The translations under genes were made by a program, and so were the position numbers. Shown here piece by piece: positions 34,903-45,021 of a stretch of DNA of 64,000 nt (positions are counted from its first letter, which is position 1; every line of letters begins with the position of its first letter). The notes below the pieces were generated by a model. It saw only the letters and a list, made by a program, of their open reading frames with translations. It was not told the DNA's origin and did no database searches. The DNA is from Acidimicrobiales bacterium (GTDB lineage: Bacteria; Actinomycetota; Acidimicrobiia; Acidimicrobiales; CADCTF01), in NCBI GenBank assembly GCA_035540495.1, contig DATLGL010000015.1, forward strand, positions 128,232 to 192,231, given 5' to 3'.

Positions 34903-35118
34903 ATGTCCGAGAACGCACTGATGAGTCGACAGGCTCTGCGCCCGGGCACCGCCGTGGAAGTTCGCAGCACCTTCGATCGCAGCTGGAAGCGGGGGTTCCG
35001 GGTCGAGTCCGTCCAGGGAGGCGGCTACCGCATCCGTCGCTTGTCCGACGGAGCGGTGCTCCCCACCGTGTTCGCCTTCAACGTCGTTCGCGAAGAGGTC
35101 GGCAGCGATCGCTGGTGA
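34903..35118 (+). CDS. Hypothetical small protein (71 aa)
   Basis: ATG ORF with a protein-like sequence (…GTAVEVRSTFDRSWKRGFRVESVQGGGYRIRRLSDGAVLPTVF…, SH3/Tudor-like flavour). No family assigned. Confidence 0.45.
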   Translation: MSENALMSRQALRPGTAVEVRSTFDRSWKRGFRVESVQGGGYRIRRLSDGAVLPTVFAFNVVREEVGSDRW

Positions 35119-35134
35119 GGCGTCCGTCGTCCAG

Positions 35135-35434
35135 GTGACGACGACGGTCGAGCGGCGCGACGACGCGCACGGGCTCGCGAAGACGTTGGTGGAAGGCGCC
35201 GCCGCGGCCTGCGTGCAGGTCGTCGGTCCCATCGTCAGCCACTACCGCTGGCAGGGGAAGACGCAGCAGTCGAGCGAGTACCTGCTGGTCGTGAAGACGA
35301 CAGCCGAACGGGCCGACGCCACGGTCGCGTCGATCGTCGAGGCGCATCCGTACGAGGTGCCCGAGGTGCTCGTGACCCCGGTGGTCGGCGGCCACGACCC
35401 GTACCTCCGCTGGGTCACCGAGAACGTCGGCTGA
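35135..35434 (+). CDS. cutA: Divalent-cation tolerance protein CutA
   Basis: 99 aa. LAACVQV-type motif (AAACVQVVGPIVSHYRWQGK) and HPYEVPEV are CutA1 signatures. Confidence 0.8.
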   Translation: MTTTVERRDDAHGLAKTLVEGAAAACVQVVGPIVSHYRWQGKTQQSSEYLLVVKTTAERADATVASIVEAHPYEVPEVLVTPVVGGHDPYLRWVTENVG

Positions 35435-35452
35435 CGCCCGTAGCGTTGTCGG

Positions 35453-36289
35453 GTGACCTCCCGACGCGGCTCCGGCGACGGCATCCTCAGCGGCCCGATC
35501 GACGGCGACTGGCGGACGAAGGAGATCTACCCGGACGTCGAGGCCCGGCCAGGGCTGAAGGTGACCCACCGCGGGTCCGGAACGCGAGGCACCGTCGTCC
35601 GCCTCGACCGCGAGGGCGTCGTGCTGCGCACCGTCACCGGCGACCGCCTCTTCCGGCTGACGCCCGGCGGGTTCTCGCTCGACGGCAAGAGCGTGACGCT
35701 CGTGCGGCCCGCACCCGCGGCCGCCGCGTCGTCGTCGAAGCGCCCGGCGGTGACGGCGTCCGGATCGGTGAACGTGAAGACCGGTCCGGCCAAGGTCGCG
35801 GCGGCGAGCCGCATCTGGGTCGAGGGCGTCCACGACGCGGAGCTCGTCGAGAAGGTCTGGGGCAACGACCTCCGCACGGTAGGAGTGGTGGTCGAGCGCC
35901 TCGACGGCATCGACGACCTCGAACGCGAGATCGTCTCCTTCCGCCCCGGCCCGGGTCGGAAGCTCGGCGTGCTCGTCGACCATCTCGTCGCGGGATCGAA
36001 GGAGGCGCGGATCGTCGAACGGATCCGGACGCCGCACGTCCTCGTGACCGGCACGCCGTACGTCGACGTGTGGCAGGCGATCCGCCCGAAGGCGCTCGGC
36101 ATCGAGGCGTGGCCCGTCGTCCCGAAGGGGCGGCCGTGGAAGGAGGGCATCTGCGAGGCGTTCGGCGTGGGCGAGCCTGGCGTGCTGTGGCGGAAGCTGC
36201 TCGCCGCCGTGTCGAGCTACGCCGACCTCGAGCCGAGCCTCGTCGGCGCGGTCGAGCGACTGATCGACTTCGTCACCGACCCCGACTGA
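35453..36289 (+). CDS. DUF3097-family protein
   Basis: 278 aa. The C-terminal half (IWVEGVHDAELVEKVWGNDLR...VLVDHLV.GSKE...PYVDVWQAIRP) matches my recollection of the actinobacterial DUF3097 family. Confidence 0.7.
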   Translation: MTSRRGSGDGILSGPIDGDWRTKEIYPDVEARPGLKVTHRGSGTRGTVVRLDREGVVLRTVTGDRLFRLTPGGFSLDGKSVTLVRPAPAAAASSSKRPAVTASGSVNVKTGPAKVAAASRIWVEGVHDAELVEKVWGNDLRTVGVVVERLDGIDDLEREIVSFRPGPGRKLGVLVDHLVAGSKEARIVERIRTPHVLVTGTPYVDVWQAIRPKALGIEAWPVVPKGRPWKEGICEAFGVGEPGVLWRKLLAAVSSYADLEPSLVGAVERLIDFVTDPD

Positions 36290-37310
36290 CGAGCGCTCGC
36301 ACCCGCGACCACGCATACGCGTTCCAGTCGGGATCCGCGCCGGCGGTTAGGACCTCCCGTTCGAGATCGTCCTCCAACGCGAGCAGCTCGTCGATGCCGG
36401 CTCCTGACGCCTCGATCTCCGCCGTTTTGAGCGGGTCGCCTGCGGGTGCGCCGACGGTCATCGGGACGAAGATCGACCGGCACGGCGACCCGAGCAACAT
36501 GCGCGCGAGCGGACGGGACGACAGGTCCGCGACCATCGCCGCCGTGGTCGACTCCACGCCGTCGACGTGCATGCAGACGGTCCACCCGTCGTCTCCGCCG
36601 ACGTGGGAGCGGAGGTGGGCCTTCAACCGATCGGCCGTCACGTCACCCTGCGCGAGCACGGCCTTGCTCGCGTTCCACCGCGGGTCGACCAGCGCCTCGA
36701 CCGGCTGGCGGGGATGGCGGTGCGCGGCGTCGAACGACGGGATGGTCGTGCGGTTGGAGATGGCGCGCGTCGACGACACCGGCTCGACCTCCAAATCGCG
36801 CGCCGAGGTCTCGACCACGTACGCAGCCCCCGGATCGGCGACGAGGAACGACGACCAGTAGGGGCGTTCCTTGCCGCGGTGACCGCTCCCGCCCTGGCCG
36901 TATCGATCGATCAGCTCCGCGATGGCGTCGACGGCGGCCGCCGCTGTCGGCGACGTCTCGAGCGCGAGGCGCACGATGTCCATCCCCGTGAGCGCAGGTG
37001 GGAACGGACGCGGGTCGACGGTGGTGTAGATCGTCTCGTTCCCGATCGCAACACCCGCGGTGTTGACGCCGTGCTCGAAGCCCCACATCCACTCGGGGCG
37101 GCTGCCGAGCACGCCGATCGAATCGGTGCCACGACCTGCCGTCACGGCCTTCAGGTACGTCGTGTCGAACCCGCCGGCGACGCGACGAGGCGGATGCCAC
37201 TCGATCAGCTGGGCCTCGTCGGCCGGGCGGTCGCTGTTCTTCGCGAAACGGGTGATCCCGTCGGCCGTGGAACCCGGGAGCGCCACGAGGCAGTCGCACA
37301 CGCTGCGCAT
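36273..37310 (-). CDS. Ntn-hydrolase, peptidase C69/secernin-like
   Basis: ORF 36273..37370 trimmed to ATG 37310. N-terminal MRSVCDCLVALPGSTADGITRFAKNSDR fits the N-terminal Cys nucleophile and NSDR pattern of C69 or C45-type amidohydrolases. Confidence 0.6.
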   Translation of the reverse strand: MRSVCDCLVALPGSTADGITRFAKNSDRPADEAQLIEWHPPRRVAGGFDTTYLKAVTAGRGTDSIGVLGSRPEWMWGFEHGVNTAGVAIGNETIYTTVDPRPFPPALTGMDIVRLALETSPTAAAAVDAIAELIDRYGQGGSGHRGKERPYWSSFLVADPGAAYVVETSARDLEVEPVSSTRAISNRTTIPSFDAAHRHPRQPVEALVDPRWNASKAVLAQGDVTADRLKAHLRSHVGGDDGWTVCMHVDGVESTTAAMVADLSSRPLARMLLGSPCRSIFVPMTVGAPAGDPLKTAEIEASGAGIDELLALEDDLEREVLTAGADPDWNAYAWSRVRALVSRGR

Positions 37311-37335
37311 GCTTCCACGCCGTAACCTCCGCCTC

Positions 37336-39978
37336 ATGCCCCGGCGCGTCGTTGCGATTGTCCCCCACACCCACTGGGACCGGGAGTGGTACTCCCCCTT
37401 CCAGACGTTCCGCCTGCGTCTCGTCGACCTGCTCGACGAGTTCCTGCCGCAGCTCGAGTCCGACCTGTCGTACGCGCGCTTCCTGCTCGACGGGCAGATG
37501 GCGGTCGTCGACGACTACCTCGAGGTGCGGCCGGAAGCCGAGGAGGTCCTGCGTCGCCTCGCCGCCGCAGGACGGCTCGCGATGGGGCCGTGGTACACGC
37601 TGCCGGACGAGTTCCTGGTGTCGGGCGAGACGCACATCCGCAACCTGCAGCTCGGCCTCGCCCGAGCTGCCGCGTTCGGCGGGGCGATGGACGTGGGGTA
37701 CCTGCCCGACATGTTCGGACACATCGCCCAGATGCCGCAGCTGCTGTCGCAGTTCGGGTTCGGCCACACCGTGGTGTGGCGCGGCGTCCCCTCCGCCGTC
37801 GACCGCTCCGGGTTCTGGTGGGAGGCGCCAGACGGCACGCAGGTGCGAGCGGAGTACATGCTCCGGGGCTACGGGTCGGGCGCGGCCATCCCCGACGACG
37901 CGAAGACGCTCGTGCAGCGCGTGCGCTCCTACGAGCAGGAGCTCGGCGAGATGCTCGTCGGCGGGATCCTGTTCATGAACGGCACCGACCACCAGGTACC
38001 GCAGCCGTGGCTCGGCCGGGTGGTCGCCGAGGCGAACGACATCCAGGACGACTACGAGTTCGTCATCACCTCCCTCGAGGAGCACCTCAACGGCCCGGCC
38101 ACCGCGCTGGACGGGCTGCCGACGTGGAAGGGCGAGCTTCGTTCCGGCGCGCGAGCGAACCTGCTCATGGGCGTCGGGTCGAACCGGGTCGACGTGAAGC
38201 AGGCCGCAGCACGAACGGAGCGCGCGCTCGAGCAGATGGCCGAACCGCTCGCCGCGCTCGTGCTGCCGGCCGAGCGCTGGCCCGGGTCGCTGCTCGACCT
38301 CGCGTGGCGGGAGGTGATCCGCAACGCGGCCCACGACTCGATCTGCGCGTGCTCAGCCGACGAAGTCGTCGACGCGGTGCTCAACCGCTACGCCGAGGCG
38401 CGCCAGATCGCCGACGGTCTCGCCGAGCGGGCGGTGGCCGAGTTCGGACGGTCGATGGCGACGAACGGTCCGGTCATCCTCAACATGGCAGCGCGGCCGA
38501 GAGGTGGCGTCGTCGAGCTCGTGCTGTCGGACGACGCGCCCGTCGACGGGACGCAGGTGGTGCGCAGCCGACCCGGTGGCATGACCGAGCGCCGCCACTT
38601 CCGTCCAGAGGACTTCTCTGGCGTGCTCTCGACCATCCACCGCCAGAGGTTCTCCGACAACTTCTTCGTCAACCAGATCGACATGGAGGAAGACGGCGAC
38701 GAGCTCGACGTGATCTTCCGCGTCGGCACCGCCCGCACCGACAACCCGCAGGTGGAGGACGCTCGGCGGACGCTCTACGCGCACCTCGGCGAGCGTCGTT
38801 ACTCCGCGTACCGCCTGCGGCTCGACCGCCCACCGGTGCAGCGCCTCCTGGCTCGTGTTCCGGCCATCGGCGCGTACGGGTGGCGGGCGTGGACGGCGAC
38901 GACGGCGTCGAGCGAGGGCGCCGTGCGCGTCGACGGGACGACGATCACCAACGGCACCGTCACCGTCGAGGTCGACGAGGCGACGGGCGAGCTCACCATC
39001 AACGGCGTCGCGGGCCACAACCGCCTCGTCGACGACGGCGACGCGGGTGACACCTACAACTGGTGCCCGCCTGCGAGCGACGTCGTCGTCACCGCGCCTG
39101 ACGCCGTCGAGGTCCACGTCGTCGAGACGGGCCCGGTGCGGGCGACCGCGGTGATCCGACGCACGTACACGCTGCCGGAGCGCGTCGACGAGCAGGGTGC
39201 TCGCTCCGGCTCGGTGACCACGGCGATCGACACGTTCGTCTCGGTGCACGCGGGCGAGGAGCTCGTCCGCATCACTACCGCCTGGGACAACCGCAGCCGC
39301 GATCACCGGCTCCGGGCCGTCTTCCCGCTGTCGTCGCGCGCGACGGTGAGCACCGCCGAGTGCGCGTTCGCCACCGTCGAGCGGGGCCTCGATGCGGAAG
39401 GCGGTCCGAGCGAGCAGGGGCTGCCCACGTTCCCGTCGCGCCGGTTCGTGCGGGCTGGCGACGTGACGATCGTGCACGAGGGCTTGCTCGAGTACGAGCT
39501 CGTCGACGGCGGAAACGCCGTCGCGCTCACCCTGCTGCGCGCGACGGGAATGCTCAGCCAGGGTCCGATGGCCACCCGCAACGAACAGGCCGGGCCGACG
39601 CTCGCTGTGGAAGGCCCGCAGATGATCGGCCGGGTCGAGGTGCGCTACGCCGTTGCGGTGGGCTCGGCGGCGAACCCGTACGCGCTCGTCGACGACGCGT
39701 TCCTTCCGTTGATCGTCGCCGACTCCCGGGCGATGGGTGATCGTCCGGCCGAAGGCGCGCTCCTCGACATCCACGGCGCCGAGGTGTCGGCGGTGCGGCG
39801 GGTGCCGGGCGGCGCGCTCGAGGTGCGCGTCTTCAACCCGACGTCGCGAGCGACGACCGTCGACTTCGGCACCCGGCGTGGGTGGCTGGTCGACCTACGC
39901 GGCCGGCCGCTCGAGCCCGTCGACGGCAGCGTCGAGCTCGCGCCCTGGCGCATCGCGACCGTTCACCTGGAGGGATGA
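37336..39978 (+). CDS. Glycoside hydrolase family 38 (alpha-mannosidase / mannosylglycerate-hydrolase-like)
   Basis: ORF 37060..39978 trimmed to ATG 37336. N-terminal VAIVPHTHWDREWY, followed by GPWYTLPDEFLVSGE and YLPDMFGH, are GH38 catalytic-domain hallmarks. Confidence 0.85.
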   Translation: MPRRVVAIVPHTHWDREWYSPFQTFRLRLVDLLDEFLPQLESDLSYARFLLDGQMAVVDDYLEVRPEAEEVLRRLAAAGRLAMGPWYTLPDEFLVSGETHIRNLQLGLARAAAFGGAMDVGYLPDMFGHIAQMPQLLSQFGFGHTVVWRGVPSAVDRSGFWWEAPDGTQVRAEYMLRGYGSGAAIPDDAKTLVQRVRSYEQELGEMLVGGILFMNGTDHQVPQPWLGRVVAEANDIQDDYEFVITSLEEHLNGPATALDGLPTWKGELRSGARANLLMGVGSNRVDVKQAAARTERALEQMAEPLAALVLPAERWPGSLLDLAWREVIRNAAHDSICACSADEVVDAVLNRYAEARQIADGLAERAVAEFGRSMATNGPVILNMAARPRGGVVELVLSDDAPVDGTQVVRSRPGGMTERRHFRPEDFSGVLSTIHRQRFSDNFFVNQIDMEEDGDELDVIFRVGTARTDNPQVEDARRTLYAHLGERRYSAYRLRLDRPPVQRLLARVPAIGAYGWRAWTATTASSEGAVRVDGTTITNGTVTVEVDEATGELTINGVAGHNRLVDDGDAGDTYNWCPPASDVVVTAPDAVEVHVVETGPVRATAVIRRTYTLPERVDEQGARSGSVTTAIDTFVSVHAGEELVRITTAWDNRSRDHRLRAVFPLSSRATVSTAECAFATVERGLDAEGGPSEQGLPTFPSRRFVRAGDVTIVHEGLLEYELVDGGNAVALTLLRATGMLSQGPMATRNEQAGPTLAVEGPQMIGRVEVRYAVAVGSAANPYALVDDAFLPLIVADSRAMGDRPAEGALLDIHGAEVSAVRRVPGGALEVRVFNPTSRATTVDFGTRRGWLVDLRGRPLEPVDGSVELAPWRIATVHLEG

Positions 39979-41045
39979 CCGCGGCGCACACGCCACAGGC
40001 GAACGCGCCCGATGTCCTTGAGCTGCCGCGGTCGGAGCCCGTGGAACACGTACCGCCCGTCGTCGTCGCCGAGCGTCTCACGCACGCTCGGTGACACGAC
40101 GACCGACCCCGGCACCGCGATGTTCACGATGCGGCTCGCGAGGTTGACGACGGGCCCGTAGTAGTCGCCCTCGTGCGCGAGCACGTCGCCGCACGCGATG
40201 CCGACGCGCACGTCGGACAGCACCTCGTCGTCGGCGTATGCCTCTGCGAGATCGAGGCCGGTCTCGACGGCGGCGGCCGTGTCGCGGACCACGAACATCA
40301 CCTCGTCGCCGATGACCTTCGCGACCCGTCCGCCGTGTCGCGCGACGTGGTCGAACGCGAGGTCCTCGAACCGGGTCACCACCCCCGCGAGCTCAGCTGG
40401 TGAGAGCTCCTGGCTCAGCGCGGTGAAGCCGACGAGATCGGCGAAGCCGACGGCGTAGGTCGAGCCCTGCTCGCCCTGTTCGAGCGTTGCCAGCAACTGG
40501 CGCCGGAGCACGGCCTGCAGATGGCGCCGCCAGACGTAGTCGATGAGCTTCGAGTACGTGTCGAAGATCGACTCGACCGTGAGCGCGAACATCGCCTCCG
40601 CTTCGGGCGTCGGCATGTCCGCGTCGGCCATCGTCGACGACACCATCGCCTCCGCGATGCGAGCCATCGACGACGCGATCACACGCGTCATCTGCACCGA
40701 CTCGTCCACCGTCGTGATGCCGGCCGCGATCGACGCGTGCGCCACGGCCAGCACCTCGGCATCGGCGTCGGTGAAGATCCGCTCGCCCTCCCCCGCGTCC
40801 GCGAAGCCCATCGCCCGCCAGAGGCGCTTCGCGATGGCGTCGTCGACGCCGACCCGCTCCGAGAGCTCGCCCGACACGTACTTGGGCTCCGCTGGCATGG
40901 CCGCGTGCACCGCAGCGAGCAGCGCGACGAGGTTGTGCTCGCGGGCGAGCCGGATCTCGTCGTCCGACGCGCCGAGGCGCTTCAGCTCGCGATCGACATC
41001 GGGCGCGAGGATCTCCGCGTCGGTGTCGTCGGGCTCGATCGTCAT
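39963..41045 (-). CDS. Class III adenylate cyclase with Rv1264-like N-terminal regulatory domain
   Basis: ORF 39963..41462 trimmed to ATG 41045, which forms an ATGA overlap with the upstream stop. Cyclase core VGFADLVGFTALS...KVIGDEVMFVV...GPVVNLASRI. Helical N-terminal domain of about 190 aa, as in mycobacterial pH-sensing cyclases. Confidence 0.85.
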   Translation of the reverse strand: MTIEPDDTDAEILAPDVDRELKRLGASDDEIRLAREHNLVALLAAVHAAMPAEPKYVSGELSERVGVDDAIAKRLWRAMGFADAGEGERIFTDADAEVLAVAHASIAAGITTVDESVQMTRVIASSMARIAEAMVSSTMADADMPTPEAEAMFALTVESIFDTYSKLIDYVWRRHLQAVLRRQLLATLEQGEQGSTYAVGFADLVGFTALSQELSPAELAGVVTRFEDLAFDHVARHGGRVAKVIGDEVMFVVRDTAAAVETGLDLAEAYADDEVLSDVRVGIACGDVLAHEGDYYGPVVNLASRIVNIAVPGSVVVSPSVRETLGDDDGRYVFHGLRPRQLKDIGRVRLWRVRRGHPSR

Positions 41046-43378
41046 GGCCGGGCCGGCACCCCGACACCGAGCAGCTGCTCGCCTCGCAGCTCCGTGGTCG
41101 ACCACGCGGGGTCGAGACCGGGAGCGGTGATGCGGATCGTCTTCGACGGCGCACCCGCGGCGTCCGGACGCAGGTCCCACAACAGCGCGGGCTTGTCGCC
41201 ATGCCAGCGCACCGCGAACGAGAGCAGGCCCTGGTGCGTCGGCGCGTCGTGGACCTCGATCGGCTGGTTTCGCCACGACTCCGGGATCATCGACAGCAAC
41301 GCCACGCCGCCGTCGACCTCGCGCACGAGCAGGTTCCTCACGAACGAGAGGAAGTCGGCCGCAGCCCATCCGTGATGGCCGTCGCCCATGCAGCCGCCGA
41401 GCAGCTGGGGATGGATCGCCTCCGGCCACGTCGCGGTCGGCGTCGCGCTGTCGACCATCCACTGGAGACGCTCGAGCGCGCGTTCGTCACCGGCCGCCAG
41501 CTCCACGCTCGCGAGCTGCAGGGTGAGGTAGGTGCCGAGCCCTGTGTGGCTGATGCCCTGAAAGAACGCGGAGCCGATGCAGAAGCGCTCCCGGATCACC
41601 TCCGCGGTCGCCGCGATCCGCTCGTCGTCGGCCGGGAGCAGACCGAGCGGCTCGCACGCGACGAGCGATCCGATGAGCGCAGGGTCGATGCGCCGGCGCG
41701 GTCCCGCGGGGATCGCTGGCACGTCGAGGCGAGCGGTCACGATCTCGATCGACCGGCGGAGGTCGGCGTCGAGACCTTCGGCCCACCCCTCGGCGTCGGC
41801 CGCCGCCCGGTCTTCGTTTGCCGCCCGTAGGAGCGTCGCTGCATCGCGCAACCCGCGCAGCGACCAGAAGTCGTCCCAGTAGAAGTAGTCGAACGGACCG
41901 AGGTGCTCCGCCGAGATGCTCGCCGGCATGAGGCCCTTGAGCTCAGGGTCGCTGCGCTTCCGCTTGGCCTGACGTTTGCGCTCGATCCAACGAGCGGCCC
42001 GCGCGACGGACTCGACGTCGACGGGTGACAGGTCGCCGGTGAGGCGCCAGTGCTCGGCCATCGCCCACAGCGCGGCGCCGTTCGCGTCCCACTCCTGGCG
42101 CTGGCTGAAGTAGAAGCCGTCGACCCGCTGGCGGGCCGGGAAGTGGGCGATGACCTCGGCCGTTTCCTTGTGGAACCCGTGGCGGTCCATGGCCACGAGC
42201 AGGTACGCGGCATCGCGGAACCAGAAGCGGTGGTACGTGAAGGGGCCGGGCACGACGTCGTCGCCCTCGTGGAAGAGCAACATGAAGCGACGGTTCGCGT
42301 CGACGGCCGATGCGAGCTTCCCCTCCGGCAGCACGAGACGCATGCCGCGATCTGTCTGCGCTCGCCATCCACGCGCGACCGCATCTCCCGCCGGAATCTT
42401 CGCCAGGTCGTGGGCCCGGCCGGCCCGACGCCGAGCGAGCCCGCGACGGCGGGTGCGACGCTCGGGCTCGAGCGGGATCGCGACTCGCAACGTCGCCGAG
42501 TGCGCGAGCGGGAAGACGAACGCGGCCTGGGCCAGCCCGGCCTCGCACTTGATCTCGGGCAGCGTCTCGGTGGTGTCGCCTCGGAAGACCGAGAGCGCGG
42601 AGTCGCCGTCGTGGAACGTCGACGCGGCCATGCGGCTCGGCCGCCTCGGCAACAGCAGCGCCGGACGGCCGTCGACGAGCACCGTCTCGCCCGAGCCTTC
42701 GAGCGCGACCCGCTCGACGACCGCGAGACCCTCTGGGTTGTACGGCCGCACCGCCAGCGCGACCGCGACCGGCACCGGCGTGCGGTTCGTGAGCTCGACC
42801 ACCACCAGAGGCTCGTCTTCGGCCACCGCGTACGCGCGGTGGAGGACGTCGCCGCCCGGCACCCTCATCTTCGTCTCGACGACCGGCGTGTCGTCGAGGA
42901 GCCGCTGCCGGACGGCCGCTTCCCGCGACGGTGCGAACCACCGGTGGGTCTCGCCGTCGTCGGACGAGCCGGCGCCGACCCACCAGTCGAGCGACCAGCC
43001 GTCGTACCACGGGGTCACCAGTCCACGAGGATCGACGATCGCCTTGCGATCGGACGCGATCGTGCCGATGGCCGTCCAGTTGCGCGACGTCACGTTCGTG
43101 AGCACGGGAAGGTGCCCGCGCGGCACGAACGCCGGTGACGACGGATCGAGCTGGCGCTCGAGCCAGTACGGCCAGACCCAGTCGACGCCGAGCTGCGCCG
43201 CGGCACGGGTGCGCACCGCACGGAAGACGGTCCGGGCGCCGATAGGCAGGAGCTCTCGGGGCAGTTCGACCTCGACGGTCTCGCCGAGACGCTGGAACGT
43301 GGTCAGGTGGCGGACGACGTCGTCGGTGATGCGGAGCCGGCCCATGGCGCGCCGCAGCGCCCAGTTGTACGCGCCCAC
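41042..43378 (-). CDS. Large (alpha/alpha)6 glycoside-hydrolase-like protein (GH15-related?)
   Basis: 778 aa. The central YHRFWFRDAAYLLVAMDRHG...EWDANGAALWAMAEHW resembles the GH15/glucoamylase-type six-hairpin core. The N-terminal ~350 aa are unassigned. GTG start 1 nt after the gpsA stop (alternative ATG 43345). Confidence 0.5.
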   Translation of the reverse strand: MGAYNWALRRAMGRLRITDDVVRHLTTFQRLGETVEVELPRELLPIGARTVFRAVRTRAAAQLGVDWVWPYWLERQLDPSSPAFVPRGHLPVLTNVTSRNWTAIGTIASDRKAIVDPRGLVTPWYDGWSLDWWVGAGSSDDGETHRWFAPSREAAVRQRLLDDTPVVETKMRVPGGDVLHRAYAVAEDEPLVVVELTNRTPVPVAVALAVRPYNPEGLAVVERVALEGSGETVLVDGRPALLLPRRPSRMAASTFHDGDSALSVFRGDTTETLPEIKCEAGLAQAAFVFPLAHSATLRVAIPLEPERRTRRRGLARRRAGRAHDLAKIPAGDAVARGWRAQTDRGMRLVLPEGKLASAVDANRRFMLLFHEGDDVVPGPFTYHRFWFRDAAYLLVAMDRHGFHKETAEVIAHFPARQRVDGFYFSQRQEWDANGAALWAMAEHWRLTGDLSPVDVESVARAARWIERKRQAKRKRSDPELKGLMPASISAEHLGPFDYFYWDDFWSLRGLRDAATLLRAANEDRAAADAEGWAEGLDADLRRSIEIVTARLDVPAIPAGPRRRIDPALIGSLVACEPLGLLPADDERIAATAEVIRERFCIGSAFFQGISHTGLGTYLTLQLASVELAAGDERALERLQWMVDSATPTATWPEAIHPQLLGGCMGDGHHGWAAADFLSFVRNLLVREVDGGVALLSMIPESWRNQPIEVHDAPTHQGLLSFAVRWHGDKPALLWDLRPDAAGAPSKTIRITAPGLDPAWSTTELRGEQLLGVGVPARP

Positions 43379-43379
43379 G

Positions 43380-44378
43380 TCAGCGCATGCCGTAGAGCTC
43401 GGACTTCGCCGACCGGCGCATCAGGGCAGGGATGATGTCCGCCGCCTTCTTGCCCTCGTAGAGCACCGCGACGACCTGCTCGGCGATCGGCATCTCGATG
43501 CCGTGCTGGCCCGCGAGCTCGACGACGGCGCGCGACGTCTTCACGCCCTCGGCGACCATGTTCATCTCCGCCGAGATCTGCTCGATCGTCTTGCCCTTCC
43601 CGAGCTCCTCGCCGACGTGGCGGTTCCGGCTCTGCCGGGAGATGCACGTCGCCACGAGGTCACCCATGCCGGCGAGGCCGGCGAAGGTGAGCGGGTTGCC
43701 GCCGAGGGCGATGCCGAGGCGGCTGAGCTCGGCGAGCCCACGGGTGATCAGCGCGGCGCGGGTGTTGTCGCCGAAGCCCAAGCCGTCGGCTATGCCCGAG
43801 GCGATCGCCATCACGTTCTTCAGCGCGCCGGCGACCTCGCAGCCAACGACGTCCTCGTTGCGGTACACGCGGAACGCGTCGGTCGAGAACACCGTCTGCA
43901 GGGTCGTGCACATGCCGTCGTCGTCGAACGCGACGACGCTCGCCGCGGGGTAGCCCGCAAGGATCTCCTTCGCGAGGTTCGGTCCGGTGAGCACGCCTGC
44001 GGGATGTCCGGGCGCGACCTCGCGGATCACCTCGGTCATGCGCTTGAGCGTTCCCTGCTCGACGCCCTTCGCCAGGCTGATCACCGGTACGCCCGGCGCG
44101 ACGTACGGCGCGAGCCGGCCGAGGATGTCGCGGAAGCCGTGCGACGGCACGCCCATCACGACGACCTCCGCACCTTCGACGGCCTCTTCCAACGACGAGG
44201 TCGAGGTCAGCGACTCGGGCAGGCTGAAGTCGGGGAGGTAGTCGCTGTTGCGGTGCGACTCGCGGATCTCCTTCGCGAGCTCCTCACGCCTCGCCCAGAG
44301 CACCGTCGGCACGTTGCGACAGGCGATGGCAGCGACTGCGGTGCCCCACGAACCTGCCCCGATGACGGCAACCTTCAT
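43380..44378 (-). CDS. gpsA: NAD(P)H-dependent glycerol-3-phosphate dehydrogenase
   Basis: ORF 43380..45758 trimmed to ATG 44378. MKVAVIGAGSWGTAVA Rossmann motif, GPNLAKE, NVMAIASGIADGLGFGDNT. Confidence 0.9.
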   Translation of the reverse strand: MKVAVIGAGSWGTAVAAIACRNVPTVLWARREELAKEIRESHRNSDYLPDFSLPESLTSTSSLEEAVEGAEVVVMGVPSHGFRDILGRLAPYVAPGVPVISLAKGVEQGTLKRMTEVIREVAPGHPAGVLTGPNLAKEILAGYPAASVVAFDDDGMCTTLQTVFSTDAFRVYRNEDVVGCEVAGALKNVMAIASGIADGLGFGDNTRAALITRGLAELSRLGIALGGNPLTFAGLAGMGDLVATCISRQSRNRHVGEELGKGKTIEQISAEMNMVAEGVKTSRAVVELAGQHGIEMPIAEQVVAVLYEGKKAADIIPALMRRSAKSELYGMR

Positions 44379-44436
44379 GTCGCTCACGCTACCGCCGGCG
44401 GCGAAGAAGCCCCGTAGCCGCTCGTACACTCGCCCG

Positions 44437-45021
44437 ATGCCGTCCGCTGCCGTCGTCGTGCCGATCAAGGCGTTCGACGCGGCGAAGTCCCGGCTCGCGC
44501 CCGCGCTCGACGCGGCCGGCCGTGCCGACCTCGCGCGAGCGATGGCGACGCGCGTGCTGGAGGCCGCGGCGCCGTTGCCGGTCTTCGTCGCCACCGACGA
44601 CGCAGAGGTCGCCGCGTGGGCGGTCGAGCACGATGGCCATGTCGTGTCGACGGAAGGGCTCGACCTCAACGGATCGATCCGCGCCGGCATCGCCGCCGTG
44701 CGCACCGCTGGCGGCTTCGAACGGGTCGTCGTCGCCCATGCCGACCTCCCCTTCGCGTCACGCCTCGCGCGACTGGCCGCCTTCCCCGGCGCGACGCTCG
44801 TGCCCGACCGCGGCGACGACGGCACCAACGTGTTGTGCATCCCCACCGCGATCACGTTCGAGCCGATGTACGGGCCGCAGTCGTTCGGCCGCCACCTCGC
44901 GCAGCTTCGTCGACTCGGACTACCGGTGCGCATCGCGCGCATCGAGGATCTCGCGTGGGACGTCGATCGTCCTGCCGACCTGCCACCCTCCGTCCTCCGA
45001 CCAGCGAGCACCCCTGCATGA
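44437..45021 (+). CDS. cofC: 2-phospho-L-lactate / phosphoenolpyruvate guanylyltransferase (F420 biosynthesis)
   Basis: ORF 44248..45021 trimmed to ATG 44437. VVVPIKAFDAAKSRL, HADLPF, DRGDDGTNVL and DVDRPADL are the CofC/FbiD pattern. Confidence 0.75.
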   Translation: MPSAAVVVPIKAFDAAKSRLAPALDAAGRADLARAMATRVLEAAAPLPVFVATDDAEVAAWAVEHDGHVVSTEGLDLNGSIRAGIAAVRTAGGFERVVVAHADLPFASRLARLAAFPGATLVPDRGDDGTNVLCIPTAITFEPMYGPQSFGRHLAQLRRLGLPVRIARIEDLAWDVDRPADLPPSVLRPASTPA

